In this document: positions 26,628 to 40,016 of the stretch, piece by piece
Layout: every line of letters starts with the position of its first letter
How positions within the stretch are numbered: position 1 is the first letter of the stretch
Origin: Octopus vulgaris
Taxonomy: Eukaryota
Assembly (NCBI GenBank): GCA_951406725.2
Contig: OX597823.1
Span: 58,714,001 to 58,778,000, forward strand
Length of the DNA: 64,000 bases
Direction of reading: 5' to 3'
Position numbers and translations under genes: made by a program
Notes under the pieces: model-generated
What the model was told of the DNA's origin: nothing
Databases searched by the model: none
The model's input: only the letters and a program-made list of their open reading frames with translations

Positions 26628-28119
26628 TTTTTTTTGGAAGCCAGGTACTTATTCTATCAGTCTCTTTTGCCGAGCCGCTAAGTTATGGGGACGTAAACGC
26701 ATCAACACCAGTTGTCAAGCGGTAGTGGGGAGAAACACAGTAACAAAGAAACATACACGTATATGTAAACACACACACACACATATGCATACATATATTA
26801 TATTATTATATGACTGAACGCCACGCATCTATTTCCAAGTAAGTTTTATTTTAACTTTGATGCGTCACTATTTTATTCTATTCTTTTTCGCTTCCCCTAT
26901 TTTCTTTTCTCTAATTCTTTTTATCTCCCCTTCTCACCCTTTCGTTTTTTCTCTGATCCTTTACCTCTCCCCCTCGCCATTCTCTGTCTGTCCCTCTCTC
27001 TCCCTCACTCTTCCCCCTTTGCTCTCTCGTTGCTCGTACGTGACCATCGGCCATCTTTCTTTCTTTTCCTAACTCGTGTTTCTTTCTTTCTTTCTGATGA
27101 GCTGCAGGGATGAGACACATTCTTGTCTGCCTCTTGTCCAAGCTTGTTCCACCAGCGTTCGCTATACCTCTCCTCGTTTAGGCTTAGTAGCCCTTCCCCT
27201 TTGTTTTCACTGTTCTGTTTTTGTTATCAAATTTGACCCTCCGCAAAATTCCAAATGTTATCGATTTTGCTTTGAGGGAGTAACTGTTTTGTCGAAGGCG
27301 TATCTTGTCGTGAATTGCTCGAAATGAGGAGAAGAAAAACAGTCGAAAACTGATGAAGGGTCGTTCTTTATGTTGCTTGTTTTGTTTTCCATTTGTTTTT
27401 TTTTCGGTTTTCGCATTTCAACATTAAAAAATGACAACTCACAGAGCGCAAAAAACACGACCGAAGTCTTGAATCAGAAGCAAGCTTCTTACCACACAGT
27501 CATGCCTATAAAAATATTGTCAAAATATTTTGTGTATTGTAGAATTATCATCAATTTATTGCTCGTAAATTATAACAACAGAATTTTATATGCATCCCCA
27601 AGGTTCATGTGGATCCTTATTGTGAACCACTAAGAATATGTTTCAGTTGTGGAGGTGCGTGGCTAAATTTACTTCAGCTTCATCGAAGAAGTAAAATTGT
27701 CTCTTTTGTCTTATGTAAGGTCTTCGATACAGGCGAAATGAGACTGATGGTTACGGCACTTTGAATGCTGGTGATTTGCCACGACTGACTGGACATTGAA
27801 CCTGTTCTGTCGATGGCTCTTTTGCAGCTGTACTTTTTTGGCATGGAATGGTGAGTGAGGGGCAAACACACACACATACACACACGCACGTGCGAGCTGA
27901 AATATAGATAGATAAAGAATCGGGGACAAAGGTAACAGATTATTAATTCAACCCAATTGTTACACTGTCCTTTTTATATACGTGAAAAGAGATATGCTCG
28001 CACAGAGAGGGAGAGAGAGAGGAGGGGAAGGAGAGAGGAGGGGAAGGAGAGAGGAGGGAGAGAGGAAGGGAGAGAGAGAAATGGAACAAGAGACGAAGAA
28101 TGAAAGGGAGAGAGAGTGT

Positions 28120-28270
28120 GAGAGCGGTTGTCAAGCGGTCATGAGGGACAAACACAGACACAAAGACACACACACACACACACACACACATATATGTATG
28201 TATATATATATGTATGCGCATATATGTATGCACATACATACACACACAGACATACAAACACACACACACA

Positions 28271-28324
<54 letters not shown>

Positions 28325-28522
28325 CGTACACACACACAACCCTCCCCCACATATATATACGACGGGCTTGTTTCTCTTTCTGTCAAACAAATTCACTCAC
28401 AAGGCTTTGGTCTGCCCTGGGCAATACTAGAAGACACCTGGCAAAGATGACACGCTGTGAGATTGAACCAAGGATCATCTGATTGGGAAGCAAACTTCTC
28501 ACTACACTCCAAAGTCTGCGCC
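28120..28522 (-). mobile_element. SINE family A, degenerate, with expanded internal microsatellite
   Basis: ggttgtcaagcgg, then (CA/TA)n, then cactcacaaggctttgg. Confidence 0.75.
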
Positions 28523-29119
28523 TACAATGATGTCATATAAGAATATGATCCGTTTAGACCATTATCTTGATTCAAAGCCTTGCATAAGACAAATCTCTTC
28601 TTTAAGATCCCGAAAGGTTTGATGGTGGAGTTTAGCTTCTGTTATTTGCTTTCAGCTCACGGTGAAGTAAGGCCACGAAGTTCACGAACATACAAACTAA
28701 GAATCTCTCACAAACACACACACACACTTACACGCACACGCACACACACGCACAGGTACAAACACACATACACACAGAAATACACAGGACTATCAAGTTG
28801 AAAATAAAAAATAAAACAAATAGAATTTTGTTGTCAAATGAGTCAGCCAGAATCGAAATGGAAAGTTTGCTTTTGTGCAAATTTGGTTTACTCGTGGCTT
28901 ATTGCAGTTTTACATATATTTTTGACTAAACGACTGGCAGACATACATAACACGCGCACATACGCTTATGTGCATATACAAATGCAAGCTACATATCTAT
29001 ATGCATACGCATGTGTACATGTACGAAGGTATTTATTTTTATATTTTTATCTATACGCATAAATATATAAATATATGTATATATGTAGTTGTATGTATGT
29101 TAGTGTATACACACACACC

Positions 29120-29160
<41 letters not shown>

Positions 29161-29267
29161 GCATTTAAATATACATACATATATACATATATGCATATAA
29201 ATATACGTATATATATATTCGTATAGATATACATGCATATATATTTACACACACATATATATATATT

Positions 29268-29314
<47 letters not shown>

Positions 29315-29700
29315 GTATGTATATATATATATACACACACAAGTATATTGGTATTTTGTTGTTTTCATATATATATGTTCAATACCCTTGTGTGTTCATC
29401 ACTCAGCTATATAATTGTATATTTTTCTTCTATCGTTAGAGATTCTCATCCTAGTAGTTCTCCTGGGCCTAAGAACATATTTTCTATATAATTCAAATAC
29501 TCTCCTTGTCTAAGTTTCTCTTTGCTTTTTTTCGTTTCTTCCCTGAAGTCACAGACAATTATTTATTGAAATGGCATTGCTTAATTCCATCCCAGCCATA
29601 CATTGATTTTTTTGTTTTTTTTTGTTTTTGCTTCTACCATTCCAATTTCTCATCCTTTACGAATGGTTATTTGAATACCTATGCGTTTTGATGCGTGTGC

Positions 29701-29756
<56 letters not shown>

Positions 29757-30360
29757 TATGTATGTATGTATGTATGTATGTATGTATGTATGTATGTATG
29801 TATGTATGTATGTATGTGTGTGTGTGTGTGTGTCTGTATAGATATATATATACACATATATACGTATATATATACGTGTGTGTGTGAGTGTCTATAAATG
29901 TGCATATATACGTGTGTATGTGCATTTCTACACATGCAAACACACACACAGACATATGTACACGCATCCACATTTATGAATACACGTAAATAATCGTATA
30001 TAAGTGTTTAAGAGTATTGCTGTATATGGACATTAAATCTATTGTGACAATGATTTCTTTCGTGCAACGCTACTTTTTAGTACCAGGGGTGAACAGACAC
30101 AGACAGACAGACAGATAGACGGACACAGACACGCATGCTGAAATATACACATACGGATTAAGAAAATGAAAGAGACTGAGAGATACGACAATTTATTAAT
30201 TGAACCCAGTTCACATTAACACTGTCTGTCTTACACATAAACAGAAATAAGCTTAGACACACTGAACACACACACGTGTACACAAACACATACGTAGTAG
30301 ATATACAAACACGTACAGTTTAACTCTTTCTGTGTAGATCGAAAAAAAAAACTTATGAAT

Positions 30361-30404
30361 AATCTGAATTAATTTTCGAGCATTATTGAGTTCTCATCAG
30401 AAGT
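30361..30404 (-). ncRNA. Hammerhead motif, weak stems
   Basis: Minus strand CTGATGA GAAC tcaataat GCTC GAAA ATTAAT T C. Palindromic stem III AATTAATT, triplet UUC, poor stem I. Confidence 0.55.
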
Positions 30405-30666
30405 GTTTGCATCACTTATCCAAACCCAGAGAAACCAAGCAAGCAGTCAGTTTATATTTACAACAAATCCAGTTGCCAATGAGAATTGGAGCTACTAATT
30501 TGCATACCATAAGTGTTTAATTGTTATTTAATATCTGCGACCTGTCAACGGGGATCTCAGTCCATACGGTATCATGGTATGATACAATATAAGTAAAGCT
30601 ACTGTCGTAGATGCACAAGCATGACAAATTTAACTATTTCTGTGTAGACTGAAAAAATGACGAACA

Positions 30667-30709
30667 TCCTTATTCGATTTTCGAATCTTATCGGGTTCTC
30701 ATTAGAGTT
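30667..30709 (-). ncRNA. Degenerate hammerhead motif, tandem copy 305 nt from the previous one
   Basis: Minus strand CTAATGA GAA cccgataaga TTC GAAA ATCGAA T A. G5 is mutated. Confidence 0.5.
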
Positions 30710-30736
30710 GTCTATATCACGTAACCTAACACATAC

Positions 30737-31137
30737 TCTTTACTCTTTTACTCTTTACTCTTTTACTTGTTTCAGTCATTCGACTGCGGCCATGCTGGAG
30801 CACCGCCTTTAGTCGAGCAACTCGACCCCGGGAATTATTCTTTGTAAGCCCAGTACTTATTCTATCGGTCTCTTTTGCCGAACCGCTAAGTTACGGGGAC
30901 GTAAACACACCAGCATCGGTTGTCAAGCAATGCTAGGGGGACAAACACAGACACACACATACATATATATATATACATATATACGACAGGCTTCTTTCAG
31001 TTTCCGTCTACCAAATCCACTCACAAGGCATTGATCGACCCGGGGCTATAGCAGAAGACACTTGCCCAAGATGCCACGCAGTGGGACTGAACCCGGAACC
31101 ATGTGGTTGGTTAGCAAGCTACTTACCACACAACCAT
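30737..31137 (-). mobile_element. SINE family A, low-divergence copy
   Basis: Close reverse complement of 10153-10560. Confidence 0.9.
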
Positions 31138-32114
31138 ACAGAATTTTGTTCACAACAGCTTTATTGGTTACAAATTTCTAAAGGCCAGAATGTGAATGTC
31201 TTATAAGCAAATATTACAAGTCCTTATTCGAATTTCATCAGTTCTTCAGTTTGATGGCCGACGTTTTTATCCTTCGTTAGTATACATCGACGAAAGATAC
31301 ATATAAACATGCAAAAAATTAATTATTGATAACAGAAGCAGTTACCAAAAGCGACAGAAGCAGATACCAAAAGGTAATCTCTATAGCCAACTTAACATGG
31401 ATGTCTTCGTAGAACACAGGGAACGGCGTTATTAACTTTGAAAGATCCTCCTATAAATGTGCTCGGTCCATAAAAGCACACACATAGATCGTTGCAGATA
31501 AGAATCACCTATCATTGGGCACCAGAATTCACACATCACATTATTTCATTCAACTGAAAATCATCAGTGGGACTCGTCCAGTCACTGCATGTCAGTCAAA
31601 TATCGCTTCTACGATATATATAAAATATCGGTCTCTTTTCAGACACTGATGTCGCAAATATCCAGCAGGCCTATTAGAAATTAATCATTAGTGATGGAAG
31701 CAGTATTAATATCAAAAGATAATCTTTATAGCCAACTTAACATGAATGTCTTGTCAGAATACCGAATGCTGTGTTTCGCAATTGTTCAAAAACATAATTC
31801 AGATAATTAGCTTTTCCAATACAACATGAATTTTCGAAAACAATATGTCACTTTGTCAGTAACGACGTCAAGGATTCCAGCTGATTCGTGCAAAATGACT
31901 GAGCACTCCACAGACGCGTATCGTTAACATAGTTCTCATGGTGATCCAACGTCACACAGAATATGACAAGGCAATTCTTTTGAATTACAGGTCCTACTCA
32001 TTTTTTTTCAGCTGAGTGGGTGGAGTAACATGAAATAAAGTGACTCACTCAAGCTAACAATGCACTACTGGGAATCGAACCCATGATCGTTACGTCGGGG
32101 TCCGAATACGTTAA

Positions 32115-32527
32115 CCTATTTCTTTACTACCCACAAGGGGCTAAACACAGAGAGGAAAAACAAGGACAGACAAATGGATTAAGTTGATTATATTGACCCC
32201 AGTGCGTAACTGGTACTTATTTAATCGACGCCGAAAGGATGAAAGGCAAAGTCTACCTCGGCGGAATTTGAACTCATAACGTAGCGGCAGACGAAATACC
32301 TATTTCTTTACTACCCACAAGGGGCTAAACACAGAGGGGACAAACAAGGAGAGACAAACGGATTAAGTCGATTATATCGACCCCAGTGCGTAACTGGTAC
32401 TTATTTAATCGACCCCGAAAGGATAAAACGCAAAGTCTACCTCGGCGGAATTTGAACTCAGAACGCAGCGGCAGATCAAATACCGCAAAGCATTTCGCCC
32501 GGCGTGCTAACGTTTCTGAAGCTTGCC
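32115..32527 (-). mobile_element. SINE family B, tandem dimer
   Basis: Two body units about 183 nt apart (cctatttctttactacccac at about 32115 and 32299) share one head. Confidence 0.85.
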
Positions 32528-34045
32528 AACTTAATGTACATCACTACATTCCTCGAAAATGAAGAGATTGCATGCAAAGAGACTGGTCAGAAAACACACT
32601 TACTTTACAAATTAAATCTGTACACAGACTTATAAAAATATGAAGTCTTTTTTAAAATCTAGATGCAGGCGAAAGGACTTGTTTCGTTGCTAAAAGTCAA
32701 TGTACATGACTCTCTGTCTCTATCTGTCTGGCTCTGGCCCTGTCTCTCTGTCTCTGTCTCTGTCTTTATCTCTCTGACTGTCTGTCTCTCTGTCTCTCTC
32801 TCTCTCTTTCTCTCACGCAGCCTAGCTTGTATGTAATTTCTTCACAAGATATTGATTAACACGAGGTTATAGTAAATGTTACTTGCCCAATAAATAGTAA
32901 AATGGGAATGAATCTTGAAGCTCATGGCTGAGATACGAACTTCTTAGCTACATAAACATGTCTGCGCATGTTGTTTTAGAATGATTAATGATATACCGAA
33001 ATATTTAACAGCTTGCTGCTGTCTGTATTTGTACGCTAATATATTTATTGGTATCAAACATGAAAAGCTGCGGTATCTGCAGAAAAAGACATGCTTCTGG
33101 AAAAAAATCAGCTGTTCTCTGTTAATAATTCGTAATTCTCGGGCTTAATGATAAGATTGTTATCGGAAATTACTGTACGTTCTTTTGTTGGAAAGTCAGT
33201 TTCGTACTGTGCATTCTTTTGTTGGGTTGAGGACTTCGTGTTCTGCTGGCAGTGTCACCGGTTTAGTATCTGTTGGTGGATATGGAAATAAAAGTGAATA
33301 GATACAACATGGTTAGACGACACGAAGAGTAAGCCTGATATCAAAATTATTTAATAACGCTAGCAAGAATAACCGGGCTACTTCGAATCCAAAATAAATG
33401 CGCATAGTAGAAGAATAGCAAGAGCGCATTAAGTTTACAACAGCAAAGAGGAAAAGCTCCTGCTGCGTATTATTTACTAAAATACGTTTAAAATAGATTG
33501 CATGACAAATCATTTACACAAAACTTATACTGTTTAGTGTAACGAAGGTTCGCCAAGTGTAACTGCCTGTTGGACACATACGTGGCATATTATTAATTTC
33601 TATTCTTCACGAATAAGTATTGCTTATTAGCAATAGGTAACCCTTTGGAAAATGAAAACGGTTATATCCGTTCAAAATTGTATTATCCTTACTTTTCTTT
33701 ATGCTGCGAGAAGTGAGGACATTTCCATTTCCAGTGACGCTTTTTATAAAGGACCATTTTGTTTTTCACGTATTTCATCAAATATCTCTTTAACGAGCAG
33801 AAATCAAATACTTTTTGTGGCGGATATTTAAACGGTGCATACGGGAGATACCGCAAAATGCATTGCAGGAGTAGAAAATATAAATTCGAGTTTTTTTTGG
33901 TGGATAATTTACATCAATATGAGAATGACTATAAATTTTAATTGTGCTGTCAAAGATAGATCAAAGGTAGTTCACAGAGCTACAGTTTTGTTACATTTTT
34001 GCTACACTTTTGCTATGAATCCATATGTGTATGTGCAGTAGAACA

Positions 34046-34263
34046 AAGTAATCCCTCGACTATCGTGGGTTCAAATACCCCTACATGATAGGTGAAAATC
34101 CGCGAAGTAGAAACAATACTGTACTGTATATATATATATTTTTAATTTTATAATTTGTACATATTTATTTTATTATAAATGCAAAGCAACACCCCGGAGG
34201 AATCGACGTAAGCTTAAATAATAAACCGCGATTGGTGAACCGTGATATGGCGAGGGATTACTG
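34046..34263. mobile_element. pogo/Tigger-like MITE
   Basis: Ends AGTAATCCCTCG and CGAGGGATTACTG|TA. Confidence 0.75.
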
Positions 34264-34288
34264 TATAAACACACACACACACACACAC

Positions 34289-34334
<46 letters not shown>

Positions 34335-34594
34335 ATAAATAGATAAGCACGCTCGTTTCAAAAATTGAATGAAGGAATGTGTGTTTTAGTTTTGAGTGAC
34401 ACTATCTGTAATTTGGTCAGCTGTCTTCTACATCCAAGTAGCAAAGGAATCAAGTGCCAAATAAGATTCCTCCTGGCAATCTAAACCAATCCATAACGAG
34501 CGAGTAACAGTATTGTGTAACGTTAAAGCGCTGAGGTACAAGCAGCTGACCGAGACAACCATATTTCTGCACATAGGCTTGCGTACATCTATGA

Positions 34595-34674
<80 letters not shown>

Positions 34675-34817
34675 GAGGGAGAGAGAGAAAGAGAGAGATT
34701 AAGTGTTTGTAAGTGAGCAGGGCAGAGTATACAAGTTATTTGATAAGGAAGACAGGATAAAAGTGAGGAAGACTGAGAAATAAATATGCTACAGGTAGAT
34801 TCACATAAGTTTTTCTC

Positions 34818-35022
34818 TACTAACATATTTATTTGTATATAAACATATTTATCGTTATAACTGTATATTTATTGGTATTTTAACATCTCTAACGGTATAC
34901 TAACATATTTATTGATATGCTTACACATTCATTAGCATACTAACATTCTCATTTGTATATTTACATCTTTATTGGCATACTAACATATTTATTGGTATAC
35001 TAACACGTTTATTGACATACTA
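34818..35022. repeat. About 20-bp minisatellite, roughly 10 degenerate units
   Basis: Consensus close to tactaacatatttattggta. Confidence 0.8.
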
Positions 35023-37469
35023 GAATAAATAATATATTGGATTTCCTAGTCAATAGCTGAAGTAACAGAGCAAGTGAGAAGATGTATTTATTGTGAAGCA
35101 GTGAAGCAACACAAAAGAAGATATCTGCCAAGATTCAGAGATTTTTCTCATTCCATATTAGTTTGACGTACCGAGAAGGAAACATTACACGTATGGTTAT
35201 CATGTACATCAACAAACACAGAAATTTCTGGTTAGAACATTTGTGGCTGTTGTAGGTGAACCGATAAATACCTCTCACTTACTGTCTCTTCTTCATATTT
35301 TGGCATGAAATTGAAGTAAAAACACGCACACACGAATGGACACTTACACACACACGCACACACACACACACACACATGCGCACAAGCGCATGTACACCTG
35401 TTTTTATTCTCAGACGATAATAATAACGATGATGGTAGTGATGATAATTGAACAAATGTTATTGCCAAGAACATGGCGCAGAAGTATTCAAAGTCTAGGT
35501 CTACGGGTGAAACGTCAATGTTAATAAACATTCCTAACATTGGTTCAGAGAAAAAAAAATTATTGGCAAGACAGGAGTGGATAAAGAAAAAAAAATACCA
35601 GTATTTGGCTGGTATTTTCTTATTGACCTCGAAAGGTAAAGAGGATATCTGACTGATTTGAATTCAAAAATATATACTTGCCCTTTTCTGTCGTTGGTGG
35701 ACTGCATTGCAGAGATAGTTGCTCAACCACCTCTTCTGTGTCTAGGATGTTTCCAGAAGCAAATGCAAGCCTTGAAAACATCACTTCTTCACTCATGGAT
35801 ATGTCACGAAGGAAAGACAATCCAATACGTTAGCAGCAACTATGGGACGACAAGGGATTGCAGATATCTACTTTAGGGCCCATTCCTCCGTATTTTCTGT
35901 AGGTGTTCACTACCTTAGCATTCTGTAAATGCTCAATAAATCAACTTATGAAGCAACTGGGGTTTATTGTTATTATGGGCATAGTTTGTACAAAACCAGT
36001 CAGGTCTCTCGTCCTTCAAGTTTGTATTGGTTTGGTACAAGTGCCACAAAGCGAAGTAGTTATCAGGATGCAGGACTTCTACTGAGTTACCTATTCTTAG
36101 ATGTGCAGTGATAGTGCTAGAAAGCCTCCTCTACCCAAGGACTGTTGGGATATGTGAGTGATATTCTTATCACATGCCATGCTAAATAACCATAACTGGG
36201 ATCTTGACAGGTGCTACTCTCTCGTGTCAGAGTAGGCCTGGAAACAATAGTAGCTAGGAGGTGGTTCCACACCCTTCAAATGCCCGGAACTTCCGAACGC
36301 AGTTTAATGGTATATCTAAGATACATTACAAAAACATAAATATCGAAAGACATTTTATCCCCCATTCCACTGTCTTCAATAATGTTAATAATTAAAAAGT
36401 ATAAAAAATAACAACTGTGAAAATGTTTAAGACATTCCGCTTTTTTTACATGTTGATCCTGAACGAGGTAGATTGGTATAATCGTTAGTGTTGGAGAAGA
36501 TACCTAGCAGCATTTTTATTCCGGATGTTCAGCTCTTCGCATTCTGAGCTCAAACCCTGATGAGCTGAACTTTGTCTTTTATCACACCTGGAATCGGTTG
36601 ACAAAATAATGTCTCTGGCTGGAATGATTATAACAGAATTTTTAAAGCGTTCGACAAAATATACAGAATTAGCTTCTGTTCTGTGGCGGCATTGGTGCCG
36701 AGCTGTATCGGTTTTTTGCTACTCTTCTGTTCAATACTGGCAGCGTTGTGAGGGGAGACGTTCTGCATTGGTCATTGTAGGTTCTCCATAAAAAAAAAAT
36801 ACAAACTGCGTTCAGGCTTGCATTTCCGAGAGAAATTGTCCTGTTAGAGTTATATAAAAATCCTTGGACAAAGGAGGCTTTAGTTAGAATCTTGATAATT
36901 GAGTGTCCAGCGTATTCGTCCCAAATTCAATAGTGCCATTTATGTATATGGAGAAGTTTTAGAATATCCAAAAGGTTTCTAGGTTGTGTTGAACAATAAA
37001 ATATGACGTTTCGGACTTTTACAATTCAACAAAGGATAAAAATAAGAGATGAGAGACAAGAGAGATTTTTGGCATTCAAAGAACTTTCTTATTGATTTAT
37101 CTTTGCAGATGCGAACGTTTGCAAAATTTCGCTGAATCTGGAATATATCATATTTATCGCTGTAGATTTCCTTGACAAGAATAATGCGCTTGTCATGCAG
37201 TTTTCTACAGGAAATGCAAAGATGATTTCTTGCTACTTTCAGGTATTACAGTTTTTTTTCAATATGACATTATCCTGTGTACTACCCATTTACTAGGTCG
37301 TCACATCTACCTGGGATTCTGTAAATATAGAACGAAAAGAAATTCCAAGAATTATATTATTCAAGGTTTTAATAATTTCACTAATCCGATTCTATGTATT
37401 CTCGCTTTATTTTAGCGACTCCGAAAAGTTGAATGGCGAAGTGAACTTCTCTAATATATATACATATAT

Positions 37470-37608
37470 TCTTTTATTCTTTTACTCGTTTCATTCATTT
37501 CCTTGCGGCCATGGTGGAGCACTACTTTTAATCGAACAAATCTCTTTGCCGAACCGCTAAGTTACGGGAAGTCAACACACCAACATCGGTTGTCAAGCGA
37601 TGGTGAGG

Positions 37609-37659
<51 letters not shown>

Positions 37660-37825
37660 TATGAATGTATGTATGTATACGACGGGATTTTTTCAGTTTC
37701 CGTCTACCAAATCCCCTCACAAGTCTTTGGTTGGCCCAAGGCTAAAGTAGAAGACACTCGCCCAAGTTGCCGCGCAATGGGACTGAACTCGGAATCATGT
37801 GGTTGGGAAGCAACGCCCGTGCCTA
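37470..37825 (-). mobile_element. SINE family A with an internal deletion
   Basis: gcggccatggtggagcac...gggactgaactcggaatcatgtggttggg. Confidence 0.8.
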
Positions 37826-38072
37826 TAAGTATATATGAAACATTTAATCGTCACTAATCGTGACTAATACTCACACACAAACACATACGAGCACTCACGT
37901 ATGCATATAGGTACAGACAACATGTGTACGAATACATACGTGTGAGTGTGTGCATGTGTGTGTAAATAATCTATATAACCCAAGCCTGAACGAGCCGGAT
38001 CTCTGTGTATGGTCAACAAAATCAAGAGGAAGCAGTGATAAATATATTATATGCGTTTGTATGTGTGTGAAC

Positions 38073-38103
<31 letters not shown>

Positions 38104-38382
38104 CAACAATTGAGGGTAAAATTAATTAATTAATCAATTTCACCAAGTGTTCAGTATGTAAAAGGACCATTTAAGGCGAATTCAAAATATTACATTATAT
38201 AATTAGGGCTTAGTAAAATAAATTACTTTGCCACATACTAAACTTAGTAGAAATAGCAGCCAAAAAAAATTTTCTTAGCATTTCTACTACTTAAAGAAAA
38301 TTTCTCTCAGATAATGTTTACTCCAGACAGCTCACGAAGGTTTGGGGGTAAATACAGAAAAATATCACAAGTACATAGATCG

Positions 38383-38445
38383 TTTGAGTACGTCAACGTT
38401 TCAAGATTAGCCAAATAAAATCAGCATTTCTTTCGTCAGCTCAAA
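38383..38445 (-). ncRNA. Type I hammerhead ribozyme, inverted copy
   Basis: Exact reverse complement of 38941-39003. Confidence 0.85.
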
Positions 38446-38940
38446 ATTTCTTAATTTGGATTTGGAAACACTAAAAAGAAGGAACTTTACCTATCAGCGA
38501 ACTTGTCGCTTCAGATGAACCACTCCAACTAAACAGTGTCAACAAATTCAAAATGCGCAGGCGTAAAATTCTACTAAGTTCAGTATGTGGCAAAGTAATT
38601 TATTTTACTAAGCCCTAATTATATAATGTAATATTTTGAATTCGCCTTAAATGGTCCTTTTACATACTGAACACTTGGTGAAATTGATTAATTAATTAAT
38701 TTTACCCTCAATTGTTGATATTATAATTCATTTCTCTCGGTCATACTGCCTCGGTTCTCGCGGTTAAAATATAATGTTTGCTAGATAGACCACGTGGGTG
38801 GAATGGGGAGTGCAGAATTTTACGCCTGCGCATTTTGAATTTGTTGACACTGTTTAGTTGGAGTGGTTCATCTGAAGCGACAAGTTCGCTGATAGGTAAA
38901 GTTCCTTCTTTTTAGTGTTTCCAAATCCAAATTAAGAAAT

Positions 38941-39003
38941 TTTGAGCTGACGAAAGAAATGCTGATTTTATTTGGCTAATCTTGAAACGTTGACGTACTC
39001 AAA
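38941..39003 (+). ncRNA. Type I hammerhead ribozyme
   Basis: Stem I TTTGAG/CTCAAA. Core CTGACGA at 38947-53. Stem II AAGA/TCTT plus GCTGA/TTGGC. GAAA at 38984-87. Stem III ACG-TTGA-CGT. Triplet GUA, with cleavage predicted after 38997. Confidence 0.85.
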
Positions 39004-39183
39004 CGATCTATGTACTTGTGATATTTTTCTGTATTTACCCCCAAACCTTCGTGAGCTGTCTGGAGTAAACATTATCTGAGAGAAATTTTCTTTAAGTAGT
39101 AGAAATGCTAAGAAAATTTTTTTGGCTGCTATTTCTACTAAGTTCAGTATGTGGCAAAGTAATTTATTTTACTAAGCCCTAAT

Positions 39184-39226
<43 letters not shown>

Positions 39227-39271
39227 GGAATATTTCGAAGGGAATAAAAAATATAAACACTTACCATCTAA

Positions 39272-39344
39272 CTCCTGTACCATGGTTTCAAACTCGATTT
39301 AGCAAATAAAGTAATTTGCCCGGCAAATTTCTCATCAGCGGGAG
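39272..39344 (-). ncRNA. Type I hammerhead ribozyme motif
   Basis: Minus strand ctcccg CTGATGA G AAATTTG...CGAGTTT GAAA CCATGG T A caggag. Palindromic stem III ACCATGGT, triplet GUA, one stem I mismatch. Confidence 0.75.
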
Positions 39345-39943
39345 CGCCAAGATTAACATACAAATACGAGGCAACACAGTGCATGCCTCGTGCTTACATA
39401 TAACTTTTCAAACCCACCGCGTAAGCGCAGTTTTATTTTTTGTCAGCAGCAAATAAAACTAATACCGAGTTGCTTCAAAATATTAGCCCCGAAAATTATA
39501 AATAAATATCAGGGAAGGAAAAATCTCAGAAATTTTTACTACCATTGGCCTAACATGTGGAAAACTAGTCAATAGACTTCGAAATTATCCCTAATAGTGG
39601 GTTGGATTTTGACTACTCCTTCTAGCGTGTTAGATGTCCTATTATAGTAATTTCTTATATGTTTAAATGTACACTGTATTTATATGAATAATATATGGTC
39701 TATTGACTAGTTTTCCACATGCTTTGCCACTGATAGTAAAAATTTCTGAGATTTTTCCTACCCTGATATTTATTAAAAATTTTTGGGGCTAATTTTTTGA
39801 AACAAGTCAGCATTATTTTTCTTTGCTGCCGACAAAATAAAAAAAAGAAAAAAACTGCGCTTGCGCGGTGGATTTGAAAAATTATAATATGTAAGCACCA
39901 GGCATGTACTGTGTTGCCTCGTATATTTATGCTAATCTTGGCG

Positions 39944-40016
39944 CTCCTGCTGATGAGGACTTCGCTTGGAAATATACTTTATTTGCTAACTAGAGTTTGT
40001 AACCATGGCCCAGAAG
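39944..40016 (+). ncRNA. Decayed hammerhead copy
   Basis: ctcctg CTGATGA ... GTAA CCATGG C C cagaag. GAAA and U16.1 are mutated. Confidence 0.6.

Larger units (their letters stand above)
38100..39191. mobile_element. Young non-coding fold-back element with two hammerheads (Penelope-like or retrozyme-type)
   Basis: 38100-38252 pairs with 38569-38721 (one mismatch). 38194-38572 pairs with 38814-39191 (one mismatch and one 1-nt indel seen). Direct repeat 38569-38627 = 39133-39191. (TA)n on both sides. Confidence 0.85.

Noticed and set aside
27344-27413. CTGATGAAGGG with a possible stem I (CGAAAA/TTTTCG) at the end of a pyrimidine-rich repeat
   Set aside because: There is no GAAA or stem III between the arms. 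It may be a deleted HHR but is not supportable here.
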